This document shows positions 1 through 9,081 of a stretch of 64,000 nucleotides of DNA, piece by piece; position 1 is the stretch's first letter; each line of letters begins with the position of its first letter. The notes under the pieces are model-generated. The model was not told the origin of the DNA and searched no databases. It was given only the letters and a program-made list of their open reading frames with translations. The stretch comes from Candidatus Poribacteria bacterium. GTDB taxonomy: Bacteria > Poribacteria > WGA-4E > PCPOR2b. Location: positions 77,796 to 141,795 of the forward strand of contig PYIZ01000029.1 of the NCBI GenBank assembly GCA_003635265.1. The letters run 5' to 3'. Position numbers and translations under genes: made by a program.

Positions 1-515
1 AGAAAACCGTTGAAGTCGATGTCCAGTTTGTAACCTTCTGGGACAACCTTTCCAACAGCCTCCACCTGCTCAAAAATGTCCCGCCACGGACGGGCTTTCA
101 GTTTAATGGAGGTGTAGCCACGCTTTATGGATTCCTCCGCCTCTTTCACCCAATCCTCCGGCGGCATGTCGATATCCCACCACGAAATCGGGCAGCGGTC
201 CCGAACCTTTGCGCCCAGCAATTGGTAAACAGGTACGCCAACCGATTTGCCGACGGCATCAAACAGGGACATCTGAATGCCGAAACCGATGCTGTCGTCC
301 TGCATGATTGCAAAGGCGTTTTGTCCGATAACTCGATCAAAGTTGCCGGATTCGTCTCCCAAATTTTCGCCATAGCCGATAACGCCGTTATCTAACTCAA
401 CACGGTATACCTCTACCTGCTCCGAGTGAGTCAGGGCGCGTTGCATGTGTTGAGTGACATAATCGGCATAAAAAGGGATGTGCAGTGTAATCATTTCAAG
501 GGTTTTAATCTTCAT
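1..515 (-). CDS. Enolase-superfamily enzyme (mandelate racemase / muconate lactonizing enzyme-like), N-terminal part; C-terminus lies beyond the window edge
   Basis: Own translation of the minus strand from ATG 513-515 stays open to base 1. It is absent from the ORF track because it runs off the edge. Sequence: MKIKTLEMITLHIPFYADYV...GVIGYGENLGD...CPISWWDIDMPPEDWVKEAEESIKRGYTSIKLKARPWRD...GYKLDIDFNGF. This layout is typical of the MR/MLE capping domain plus the start of the barrel. Confidence 0.6.
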   Translation of the reverse strand, partial: MKIKTLEMITLHIPFYADYVTQHMQRALTHSEQVEVYRVELDNGVIGYGENLGDESGNFDRVIGQNAFAIMQDDSIGFGIQMSLFDAVGKSVGVPVYQLLGAKVRDRCPISWWDIDMPPEDWVKEAEESIKRGYTSIKLKARPWRDIFEQVEAVGKVVPEGYKLDIDFNGF

Positions 516-657
516 TGTCGAAATCCTCCCAAGGGTTAAAAATCCAGTGTGTATTGTAGCATAGTTTTCGTTGGCGGGGCAAAAATTGTCGTTGGCATAG
601 ACCTTTTATTCTTTTTTTGCTATTATGTATCCAGCACACCTACTGAGAGGAGATTCC

Positions 658-1608
658 ATGAATCACAGAACAATTCCAGGGATAGAGAAAGAGATTTCAC
701 AACTTGTGCTCGGGTGTATGTTATTTACGCCCGATACGATGGAACACAGTTATTCCATGCTAGACGAATTTTTTGCAGCTGGCGGCAATGCACTTGATAG
801 CGCGTATAGCTACGGCGACGGTGATAGCGAGCGGCTGCTCGGTATGTGGATGAAAAATCGGAAAAACCGATCCGAGGTGTTTTTGGTTGATAAGGGCGGA
901 CATCCACACGCCGCAGTGCCACGTCCACGTCTAAGTCCAGAGGAGCTTGCACACGACATCCACGAAAGCCTCCTCCGTCTACAGACCGATTATATCGACC
1001 TGTTTCTGCTGCATCGTGATGATCCAAGCATTCCCGCTAGTACAATCATTGAGCATCTGAATCAGGAGATTCGTGCGGGCAACCTTCGAGCGATTGGCGC
1101 ATCAAATTGGGAACTTGAACGCCTCCAAGAGGCGAATGAATACGCTGCAGAACATGGATTGCACGGATTTATAGTTAGCAGCAACAATATCAGCTTGGCT
1201 GTCCCAATGGAACCGATGTGGAAGGGTGTGGTGTCTGTGTCCGAAGCGGCGTGGAGGTGGCACCATGAGACCCAATTTCCGCTGCTGCCCTGGTCCTCAC
1301 AGGCGCGAGGGTTCTTCAGCGGACGTTTTGCCCCTGACAAACGGGAAAACCGGGATATGGTGCGGGTGTACTATAACGATGCCAATTTTGAGCGACTCAG
1401 CCGGGCAGAAATACTTGGGGAGAAGAAGGGGTGTACGGCGATACAAATTTCACTTGCGTTCGTTTTGCATCAACCGTTTCCAACTTTTCCGCTCGTTGGT
1501 CCCTTAACTCACGAAGAGTTATCTTCATGTCTTGAAGCGTTGACGATTCAACTGTCCCCCGATGAGATGCGTTGGTTGAATCTGGAAGCTGATGACATTT
1601 CCGGCTAA
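658..1608 (+). CDS. Aldo/keto reductase
   Basis: ORF 625..1608. GAGGAG lies 5 nt upstream of ATG 658, favouring the MNHRTIPG start. AKR-like motifs: LDSAYSYGDGDSERLLG, YIDLFLLHRDD, IGASNW. Confidence 0.85.
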   Translation: MNHRTIPGIEKEISQLVLGCMLFTPDTMEHSYSMLDEFFAAGGNALDSAYSYGDGDSERLLGMWMKNRKNRSEVFLVDKGGHPHAAVPRPRLSPEELAHDIHESLLRLQTDYIDLFLLHRDDPSIPASTIIEHLNQEIRAGNLRAIGASNWELERLQEANEYAAEHGLHGFIVSSNNISLAVPMEPMWKGVVSVSEAAWRWHHETQFPLLPWSSQARGFFSGRFAPDKRENRDMVRVYYNDANFERLSRAEILGEKKGCTAIQISLAFVLHQPFPTFPLVGPLTHEELSSCLEALTIQLSPDEMRWLNLEADDISG

Positions 1609-1692
1609 AGCCGTCTGTTTCGGACGTTTGGCAGATCCAATCGGTTAGCATATACTACTGTCGGTTCACGTAAACGGATAGAAGACACCATT

Positions 1693-2451
1693 ATGACATT
1701 TCAAAAGGCACTTTATGCCCTCGGCGTCCGGGACAACACCCTTTCCGACGAGGAAAAGTTCAGGTTGGACCAAGATGGCTTTCTGCCCTTTCCGAACCTC
1801 ATCTCTGCCGAGTTGGTTGCTCGGATGCGTTCGGAAATGGAGGCGTTGTTCGCCCTCGAAAGCACCGGCGAACCGGGTATGCCAAAGGAGTGCACAAACA
1901 TGCAAAACAGATCCTCTGCCTTTGATGTCTGTTTCACACACCCGCGTTTGCTTGCGGCGGTTGCTCATGTGTTGAAGGAAGATTTTAGATCTCTAGGGAT
2001 CCATTCGCGCCCCAATCGACCAGGGGGTGGTCACCAACCGCTTCATGTTGACTATGGGGGACCGCCAGCCAAACCGGGCAGGTATTATGTCTGCAACTCA
2101 ATGTGGATGCTAACTGACTTTACCGAAGAGAATGGCCCCACTCGTGCCGTTCCCGGCTCCCATCGTAGCAGCAAACACCCACAAGATGTAATGGAATCAC
2201 CGGAGGAGGCACATCCGGATGAGATAAAACTGATCGGCACTGCCGGCACGGTTGTGGTCTTCAATAGCCATCTGTGGCACGGGGCTACCTTGAATCGCAG
2301 CCAAAACGATCGCCCAAACGTTACCAGTTTTTGGTGTCGTCGCCACGACCCGCATGTAGACAGATCGGGGTCGGATTGGGGTGTTCTCAATACAAAAACC
2401 TTTTCCCGTCTCAGTGAAGCGGCGCGATGTCTATTTGATCATGATTGTTGA
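1693..2451 (+). CDS. Phytanoyl-CoA dioxygenase (PhyH) family Fe(II)/2-oxoglutarate oxygenase
   Basis: ORF 1693..2451. HxD triad element in PLHVDYGG and distal His in HLWHGATLNRS. Confidence 0.8.
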   Translation: MTFQKALYALGVRDNTLSDEEKFRLDQDGFLPFPNLISAELVARMRSEMEALFALESTGEPGMPKECTNMQNRSSAFDVCFTHPRLLAAVAHVLKEDFRSLGIHSRPNRPGGGHQPLHVDYGGPPAKPGRYYVCNSMWMLTDFTEENGPTRAVPGSHRSSKHPQDVMESPEEAHPDEIKLIGTAGTVVVFNSHLWHGATLNRSQNDRPNVTSFWCRRHDPHVDRSGSDWGVLNTKTFSRLSEAARCLFDHDC

Positions 2452-2546
2452 ACCTTTTCTGGCGAATGGTCTTTGTAGGACACAAATTCACGCAGATAAA
2501 AGCAGAGGCACATAGAAAACTTGCACCGCAAAATAAGGAATAGTCT

Positions 2547-4040
2547 ATGTCTACCAAACCAAATGTGCTTTTAATAAGCACCGACCATTGGCCCGCTGCC
2601 CTGTTCGGCGCTGCGGGACATCCAGCCATCCAAACCCCTACCCTTGATGAACTCTGCCGCAGCGGGGTTCGGTTCAGTAACGCCTATGCCGAGTGCCCGG
2701 TCTGCATTCCCGCCCGTCGGACCCTCATGACGGGCACTACACCCCGCACCCACGGGGATCGGGTTTTCAAAGATAAGCTGACCATGCCCGCAATCCCGAC
2801 GATGGCACAAACCTTTCGGGACGCAGGGTATCAAGCCTATGCTGTTGGGAAACTACACGTCTACCCGCAACGCGATCGTATCGGCTTCGACGATGTGATT
2901 TTGGACGAGGAGGGGCGCGTCCAATACGGGGTTTTAGATGATTATGAGCTTTTCCTCGGCGACCAAGGGTATGCAGGACGACACTTTGATCACGGGATGG
3001 GTAACAACGAATATGTCAACCGCCCATGGCATCTTCCAGAGGAGACCCATGCGACCAATTGGGCGACGAGTCAGATGGCGCGAATTGTCAAACGCCGGGA
3101 TCCGAGTCGGCCCGCTTTCTGGTTCATCTCCTACCGTCACCCACACCCGCCAATCGTTCCCTTGCAAACGTATCTAGACCTGTACCGTGATATTCCGATT
3201 GATGAACCCTATCACGGCAGCTGGTCAGCTTCCTCAGAAGATTTATCCTTAAGCCTGCAAGCCAATACTGCGCGAGGCGTTAAGCTCACACCGCACCAGA
3301 CCATCGCCGCCCGCCGTGCCTTCTATGCCCTCTGTACCCATATTGACCATCAGTTGCGCGTCCTTCTCGGGACATTGCGTGAAGAAGGTGAACTCGACAA
3401 TACGATTATCTGTTTTACGTCCGATCACGGCGATATGCTCGGCAACCATAGTATGTGGGCGAAGCGGCTTTTCTACGAATATTCCGCCAACATCCCGATG
3501 ATTCTACTCGGCGTTGCTGGAGATGAACGGGTGGGTTACAGCCGCGTTGATGACCGATTGGTCGGTTGGGCGGATGTGATGCCAACATTGCTCGACTTGG
3601 CGGGGGTTGATATACCTGAGACGGTTGAAGGGATTTCGATGGTTAGCGAACAGAGACGAGATTGGTTCTACGGCGAGGTTGGCGAGGATAACCACGCCAC
3701 ACGCATGATCCACGCCGGACGTTACAAACTGATCTACTATCCGGTTGGCAACTGTCGGCAGCTTTTCGATTTACAAAACGATCCAGATGAATTGACAGAT
3801 CTCTCCGCTTCCGCTGAACATGCCGATATCCTCACCAATCTAACTGACCTACTGATTAGCCAACTCTATGGTGGCGATGAAGCTTGGGCTGAAAATGGAC
3901 AGCTTATCGGTCTCCCCGACCGAGACTTTGTCCCCGGTCCCAACAGAGGACTCTCCAGCCAACGCGGCTCGCATTGGCCCCAGCCCCCGCGCACAAACAT
4001 GCCGCAGATTCAGTGGCACTCCGAGGGAAAGGACAAATGA
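2547..4040 (+). CDS. Formylglycine-dependent sulfatase (arylsulfatase family)
   Basis: ORF 2547..4040. LLISTDHW N-terminus, CxPxR motif present as C-I-P-A-R in AECPVCIPARRTLMTG, and FTSDHGDMLGNH. No N-terminal signal peptide is visible. Confidence 0.9.
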   Translation: MSTKPNVLLISTDHWPAALFGAAGHPAIQTPTLDELCRSGVRFSNAYAECPVCIPARRTLMTGTTPRTHGDRVFKDKLTMPAIPTMAQTFRDAGYQAYAVGKLHVYPQRDRIGFDDVILDEEGRVQYGVLDDYELFLGDQGYAGRHFDHGMGNNEYVNRPWHLPEETHATNWATSQMARIVKRRDPSRPAFWFISYRHPHPPIVPLQTYLDLYRDIPIDEPYHGSWSASSEDLSLSLQANTARGVKLTPHQTIAARRAFYALCTHIDHQLRVLLGTLREEGELDNTIICFTSDHGDMLGNHSMWAKRLFYEYSANIPMILLGVAGDERVGYSRVDDRLVGWADVMPTLLDLAGVDIPETVEGISMVSEQRRDWFYGEVGEDNHATRMIHAGRYKLIYYPVGNCRQLFDLQNDPDELTDLSASAEHADILTNLTDLLISQLYGGDEAWAENGQLIGLPDRDFVPGPNRGLSSQRGSHWPQPPRTNMPQIQWHSEGKDK

Positions 4041-4071
4041 AATGTACTAAAGTTGGAAAACATACCTGCTC

Positions 4072-4133
4072 GGCTTGGATAGACATATCCAAGCCATCTC
4101 CGTGTGTGTGCAGTGGATTTGTCAATCCACTGC
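4072..4133. other. Two consecutive perfect hairpins (10-bp stem, 4-nt loop each) downstream of the sulfatase gene
   Basis: GGCTTGGATA-gaca-TATCCAAGCC (4072-4095) and GCAGTGGATT-tgtc-AATCCACTGC (4110-4133). No T-tract follows, so this is not a canonical intrinsic terminator. Confidence 0.7.
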
Positions 4134-4230
4134 GAGCGGTGGTTTTCGCATTTTACACTTCCCTTTTCTATGAACCCCCTAGTTCGGACTTCCTAGCCCG
4201 CCTGCGTCAATGAACAAATGATTTTCACGT

Positions 4231-4246
4231 CCCGATAGATCGGGAT
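4231..4246. repeat. CCCGAT-NN-ATCGGG palindrome, copy 1 of 3
   Basis: CCCGATAGATCGGGAT is identical to 23600-23615 and near-identical to 55269-55282 (CCCGATTTATCGGG). Confidence 0.8.
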
Positions 4247-4259
4247 CCTCGGAACGGGA

Positions 4260-4297
4260 TTTCACGCATCACGTTTCACGTTTTACGTTTCACGCTT
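4260..4297. repeat. Tandem 7-nt word array (CACGTTT-type), 5 units
   Basis: CACG/TACG recurs at 4263, 4270, 4277, 4284 and 4291 with an exact 7-nt period. The array ends 20 nt before the start of the next gene. Confidence 0.8.
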
Positions 4298-4315
4298 CAA
4301 TTAGGAGACTATCTT

Positions 4316-6319
4316 ATGGCAGACTGGTGGCACAGCAAAACATGGCGATTTATTCAAACCAACCTGCGAGAGATTGACATGCTCGACATTGATGCCGAGC
4401 GTGTAGTCGCTGATATGGGGTCGTTCAAAGCAAATGTACTGATGATTAATGCAGCGGGGATTATCGCTAGCTACCCCACGAAACTGCCGTACCATTTTCA
4501 GAGTCCGTTTCTGAAGGGGGATAGCTTGCAAACAATCATTGCCGCATGTCATCGCGCCGATATCCGCGTGATGGCACGCACCGATTTCTCTAAGGTGCGT
4601 TACCCAATTTACGAAGCACATCCGGAATGGGCGTCCCTTACCACTGAAGGCGGAATCATCGAATACAACGGAGATGTGCAGGTCTGCCTGAATGGAGGTT
4701 ATCAGCAGGAGTACGCCTTGCGGATTATTGAGGAACTGCTCACAACGCACGATTTCGACGGGATCTTCTTTAACATGGGCGGCTACCAAACGAGGGACTA
4801 TAGCGGTAACTATCACGGCATCTGCCATTGTGCCAACTGCGAACGGCTTTTTTCAGAGATGTTTGGATTGTCTCTGCCGACTGAAGAGAATCATGACGAT
4901 CCAACATTTCGGAAATACAACCTCTTCAAAGGACGGACATTACAAGCACACCACAAGAAGGTTTACGATTTCATTCACAGGCTGCGTCCCGATATTTGTA
5001 TCGCCAACCACCGGGAAATGCGTCGGGGGTTCAACCGGATGGAGGCAAACACTGCGATAGACCGCCCCCTGCCCCACTGGCAGTACAGCGCGTCCGACAA
5101 CACGAAATGGGCGGTGAGCAGCTATCCAGAAATGGTGTCCAGCGGTACGACCGTTGACTTTATCGACTTCCCTTACCGGCACGTCGCGGTGTCACCCCAT
5201 CAGCAGGCGTTACGTCTGGCGCAGAACTTAGCCAACGGTGGAGCACTGGATTACTACCTCATCGGGCGGTTGGACAATCATGAAGATAGGTCAGGGTTTG
5301 AGCCTATTAAGGAGATCTACCACTATCACGCAGCCAATGAAGCAGCATACACCGACAACCGATCGAAGGCGAATATTGCGCTACTGAAATCTGACCGAGT
5401 CAGTGCGGATGCATTCAAGGGCTGGTTCCGTTTCTTGGTTGAGAACCATTTCCTGTTTGATACCCTGACAGCGGATGCAGCACTCGATTTGGCGTGGAAC
5501 AAGTATCAGACGATTGTGTTACCCGACGTTCGACCGATGAGCGATGAGCTGGCCGGGAAGATCGATCGGTTTGTCGAGGAGGGCGGAACGGCGATCGCTG
5601 CTGGCCAAAGCGGATTCCGGGATGCGGACGATGAACCCAGATCGACACCCGCGCTAAAAAGTCTTGGGATCACACAGGTCCAACGAATACGGACCGATAT
5701 GCGTTCCTCATATTTCAAATTGGACGATAAACAGGGGTTTGAACGGTTCTCCGATACTGAGCTTATCTATATGGACGGAACCTACGTTTATGCGGCGTAT
5801 GCGTCGGATGTTCAGCCACGATTCAAGCTGATTCCGCCACATAACTTCGGTCCACCAGAGCGGTGCTATTACACGCAGGTCACGGAGCACCCGGCGTTCA
5901 CGGCTCGCCCCTTCGGAGGTGGAAAGGCGATCTATATCCCGTGGGAGCCGGGTCAGCTGTTCCACCGGCAAGGCTATCCCAATACCTTCGATTTTGTCGC
6001 TGATCTGCTGGAGGGAATTGCCGGGCTGACGCCAATCGGGGGCAATCTGTCACCGATGGTTGAGGTGACGTGGTTTGAAAAGGTGGATGGGGGTGCACAA
6101 CTGGTGCATCTGGTGAACAGTTCGGGACATTTCGGGGTGAGCTTTTACCCGCCGGTCAAAATGGTAGACTTGGAAATCGAATTGCCGTCAGCGAAGCCGC
6201 CGAAGTCCGTGCGAAGCCTAGTCTCAGAGGCAACATGTGCATACAACCGGTCAGATGACCTGCTGACGATTCGGATCCCTGAACTGAGGTTGTTTGAAGC
6301 AATTGAGATTGTGTTGTAG
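4316..6319 (+). CDS. GH42-like / GHL6-type glycoside hydrolase with beta-galactosidase-trimerisation-like C-terminal region
   Basis: ORF 4316..6319 with AGGAG at 4303-4307. The N-terminal TIM-barrel-like region carries a CxCxxC cluster (HGICHCANCERLF) like the zinc site of GH42 beta-galactosidases. The family call is from memory of similar sequences. Confidence 0.55.
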   Translation: MADWWHSKTWRFIQTNLREIDMLDIDAERVVADMGSFKANVLMINAAGIIASYPTKLPYHFQSPFLKGDSLQTIIAACHRADIRVMARTDFSKVRYPIYEAHPEWASLTTEGGIIEYNGDVQVCLNGGYQQEYALRIIEELLTTHDFDGIFFNMGGYQTRDYSGNYHGICHCANCERLFSEMFGLSLPTEENHDDPTFRKYNLFKGRTLQAHHKKVYDFIHRLRPDICIANHREMRRGFNRMEANTAIDRPLPHWQYSASDNTKWAVSSYPEMVSSGTTVDFIDFPYRHVAVSPHQQALRLAQNLANGGALDYYLIGRLDNHEDRSGFEPIKEIYHYHAANEAAYTDNRSKANIALLKSDRVSADAFKGWFRFLVENHFLFDTLTADAALDLAWNKYQTIVLPDVRPMSDELAGKIDRFVEEGGTAIAAGQSGFRDADDEPRSTPALKSLGITQVQRIRTDMRSSYFKLDDKQGFERFSDTELIYMDGTYVYAAYASDVQPRFKLIPPHNFGPPERCYYTQVTEHPAFTARPFGGGKAIYIPWEPGQLFHRQGYPNTFDFVADLLEGIAGLTPIGGNLSPMVEVTWFEKVDGGAQLVHLVNSSGHFGVSFYPPVKMVDLEIELPSAKPPKSVRSLVSEATCAYNRSDDLLTIRIPELRLFEAIEIVL

Positions 6320-6399
6320 ATGCTGGAAGGAAAATAAGTCAGGAAACGTCATTACTAAGCGTATTCATTTTCCCGTTTTGGCTCATACCCCGTTGTACC

Positions 6400-6424
6400 C
6401 GGTAGGCGGGGCATCTTGCCCCGC
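6400..6424 (+). repeat. REP-like element: GTAG head plus GC-rich hairpin
   Basis: cgGTAGGCGGGGCAtctTGCCCCGC. The same hairpin occurs at 9861-9885. Confidence 0.75.
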
Positions 6425-6668
6425 TGTTTGTAGTAGCGCATTCATTCTGGTCTGATCGGGGTTGGCACAACTTTATGGATTTCACCAATTTGTTACCCAA
6501 GGACCAATACGATGTTGGGTCCTTCGCACCTTTGGGACTAAACCGATCTCCGGTTTGCACGATGTCGGTCAATTTCTGACCCATGCTTAAGCGAAAGATG
6601 AGCCGGATAGGGTATCAATCCATAACAATTCCCTGCGACAGCATTTCTCCTTGAAATTTGTACATGGT

Positions 6669-6683
6669 TGGTACAAAAGTTGC
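6669..6683 (+). promoter_or_regulatory. Candidate sigma54 (-24/-12) promoter for the first PD40 gene
   Basis: TGGTAC-aaaag-TTGC has GG-N10-GC spacing. It lies about 40 nt upstream of ATG 6725, with GGGAGGAA at 6711-6718. Confidence 0.3.
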
Positions 6684-6724
6684 GCTTTATCAATCCAATC
6701 TACAAATTCAGGGAGGAACCCCCA

Positions 6725-7783
6725 ATGAATCGCAAGCGCATTTCAAGCACAATGCTCCTCCTTCTTGTGCTACTAAATATCTTATTCCTATTGGCAAACA
6801 TCGAAGCGGCTGCTGCTGCGGACGGGGTCATTGCATTCCTATCGTCTCGGAATAGTAAACCACCGAACCGGGGTATCAAGACGACGATTTATCTGATAAA
6901 TGCAGATGGCACCAACGAACGGAAATGGCTCGAAAACCGTCGGTGTGGTTACTACTCTCCAACTTGGTCGCCTGATGGTCGGTTCGTTGCCTTCTCTACA
7001 TGCGCCAATGACAGCGTCCATATTTTTGTTAAAGATCTCCGTACCAGCAGACAAAAGAGGATAACCCATAAGTGGGCAGGAGTATATCCCGGATATTTGG
7101 TCCGTTCCTGGTCTGGGGATGGTAAATCGTTAGCACTTTCATGTTGGGAAGCTCCCCCTCACGACGCTTCAGACATCTGCATTATTGATGTTGAAGGCAG
7201 GCGATTAAAGAACCTAACACAGCTTCCCGGCGTTGAGGATAGTAGTCCAAGTTGGTCTCCAGATTCCTCTAAAATTGCGTTTACGTCGAGCCGCGATGGA
7301 AATGACGAGATTTATGTCATGGATGCGGATGGCGGAAGCCCGGTCAATCTGACCAAGCACTCCAGAACGGATGCCGCGCCGGACTGGTCTCCGGATGGGA
7401 AAAGAATTGTATTTTATTCCGATCGGGAAGGGCAATCCGATATCTATGTGATGAACCCCGACGGTGCCAATCTGGTTAAGCTAACAGATCACCCCGCACA
7501 GGATCGCCTACCTTCGTGGTCTCCTGATGGACGGTGGATCGCCTTCATGTCGACCCGAGAAGATAGGAACTGGGAGATTTATGTCATGGATGCGACCGGA
7601 AACAATCAGACGCGAATCACCAATCATCCGTTTGCTGTCGATGTGAAGCCAGTTTCACGAGTCACCAATCATCCGGATAAGGATGTGAGGCCAGTCTGGG
7701 TGATTCCTGATCGGTCGCTTTCTGTCAATCCGCAAGGTAACCACGCCACATTGTGGGGGCAGCTCAAATCAGACAAACAGTGA
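6725..7783 (+). CDS. Secreted PD40 (TolB-like) beta-propeller repeat protein
   Basis: ORF 6668..7783. The start is moved to MNRKRISSTMLLLLVLLNILFLLANIEAAAA (signal peptide) behind a GGGAGG RBS. Blades repeat as SPxWSPDG..IAF.S.RDGN.EIYVMDADG. Confidence 0.85.
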   Translation: MNRKRISSTMLLLLVLLNILFLLANIEAAAAADGVIAFLSSRNSKPPNRGIKTTIYLINADGTNERKWLENRRCGYYSPTWSPDGRFVAFSTCANDSVHIFVKDLRTSRQKRITHKWAGVYPGYLVRSWSGDGKSLALSCWEAPPHDASDICIIDVEGRRLKNLTQLPGVEDSSPSWSPDSSKIAFTSSRDGNDEIYVMDADGGSPVNLTKHSRTDAAPDWSPDGKRIVFYSDREGQSDIYVMNPDGANLVKLTDHPAQDRLPSWSPDGRWIAFMSTREDRNWEIYVMDATGNNQTRITNHPFAVDVKPVSRVTNHPDKDVRPVWVIPDRSLSVNPQGNHATLWGQLKSDKQ

Positions 7784-7871
7784 GGGAGTCATCGCTGCTA
7801 GAGACATGGAAGTTGACCATCATATGAAACGCCGGTTCGCCTTGTAGACCGATCCCGAAAGGAGATGAAAA

Positions 7872-8858
7872 ATGACTCGAAAAAGATTTCCATGGCTTGT
7901 TTTTATCGGGGCTACGGTGTTCAGTAATTTTGCTTTGTTATCCAATGTTTGGACACAAGCACCAAAAAAGGCACAAATCGCTTTTGTCTCCGGTCGCGAT
8001 GGGGATGGAGAAATTTACGTGATGGATACCGATGGCAAAAATCAGCGGAACCTCACAAACCATCCGGCATCTGATTTCGCGCCTACTTGGTCTCCTGATG
8101 GTCGAAAAATCGCGTTTGTATCGACAAGGCGAAGAGGAAATTCCGATATTTACGTGATGGATGCAAAGGGAAAAGATGCCCAGAGACTCACAGATCATCC
8201 TGAATCAGACGAGAAGCCCGCATGGTCGCCCGATGGTCGAAAAATTGCCTTCAGTTCTAATCGAGATGGAAATTGGGAAATTTACGTAATGAATACCGAT
8301 GGCAAAAATCAGCGCAATCTAACAAACCATCCGCGGAATGATACTTCGCCCGCATGGTCGTCTGATACTCGAAAGATTGCTTTTAGGCGTGTAGGTGGTG
8401 GAACTCCTGGTATTTATGTAATGGATACTGATGGACAAAATCTTCATCGATTAAACGATGAATTACATCGTGCAACTCAACCGGCCTTGTCACCTGATGG
8501 TCGCAGGGTTGCTTTCACCTTAGGCGGAAGGCCTGGCAATGACATCTATGTGATAGATGCCGATGGAAAAAATGTCCGGCAGCTTACAGGTCCCCCAATG
8601 GATGATATCTGTCCTGCGTGGTCTCCTGACAGCCGGCAGATTGTCTTCGCCTCACGGAAAAATATTCTAGAACAGAGAAATTTTCAAAACAGGAACTACG
8701 ACATCTACGTCATTGATGTCGATGGAAACAATCTCCGGAACCTGACAAACCATCAGAGTGATGACCAAGAACCCGCATGGTTTGATCCTACATTTTCTGT
8801 TGCTACTGCTGATAAGCGTCTGCTCACTTGGGGGTGGCTCAAACAACTTGGCCGATAG
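7872..8858 (+). CDS. Secreted PD40 (TolB-like) beta-propeller repeat protein
   Basis: ORF 7872..8858 with an AGGAG RBS and a hydrophobic N-terminus. At least six PAWSPDGRKIAF...EIYVM(D/N)TDGKNQRNLT blades. Confidence 0.88.
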   Translation: MTRKRFPWLVFIGATVFSNFALLSNVWTQAPKKAQIAFVSGRDGDGEIYVMDTDGKNQRNLTNHPASDFAPTWSPDGRKIAFVSTRRRGNSDIYVMDAKGKDAQRLTDHPESDEKPAWSPDGRKIAFSSNRDGNWEIYVMNTDGKNQRNLTNHPRNDTSPAWSSDTRKIAFRRVGGGTPGIYVMDTDGQNLHRLNDELHRATQPALSPDGRRVAFTLGGRPGNDIYVIDADGKNVRQLTGPPMDDICPAWSPDSRQIVFASRKNILEQRNFQNRNYDIYVIDVDGNNLRNLTNHQSDDQEPAWFDPTFSVATADKRLLTWGWLKQLGR

Positions 8859-8937
8859 ATGAATACGAAAATTAGGGTGCCTAAAAAATAGCAGATTGTA
8901 TTCAGTATCTGTGTCTTCCTTCTCGGCAACGGCAGTG

Positions 8938-9035
8938 CAAAATCCGCCAAGAACCGACTGTAGTCCAGCTTGGATAATTCCTGACCGGTTGTTCCCGGTT
9001 GATACACGATATAGCCGTATTACATTGCTCAGAAG
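8938..9035 (+). pseudogene. Relic of a PD40-protein C-terminus
   Basis: The translation DCSPAWIIPDRLFPVDTRYSRITLL parallels the end of the 6725..7783 protein (DVRPVWVIPDRSLSVNPQGNHATLW). It has no upstream propeller, no start codon, and the WG-x-LK tail has decayed. Confidence 0.45.
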
Positions 9036-9081
9036 GGAGTATCTGTTCAGAAAGTTTAGCGTTGGAACAGTACAGGAGGAA

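Noticed and set aside
146-373. 75-aa minus-strand ORF from the track
   Set aside because: It lies out of frame inside the much longer open frame (1-515, minus) that encodes a recognisable enolase-superfamily N-terminus. Its sequence is low-information.
4301-4828. 175-aa minus-strand ORF
   Set aside because: It is antisense to the 667-aa GH42-like gene and has no motifs or RBS. It is a typical shadow ORF.
6339-6584. 81-aa minus-strand ORF in the spacer before the PD40 cluster
   Set aside because: It has no RBS, spans a REP element, and its composition is not protein-like. I treat the region as non-coding.
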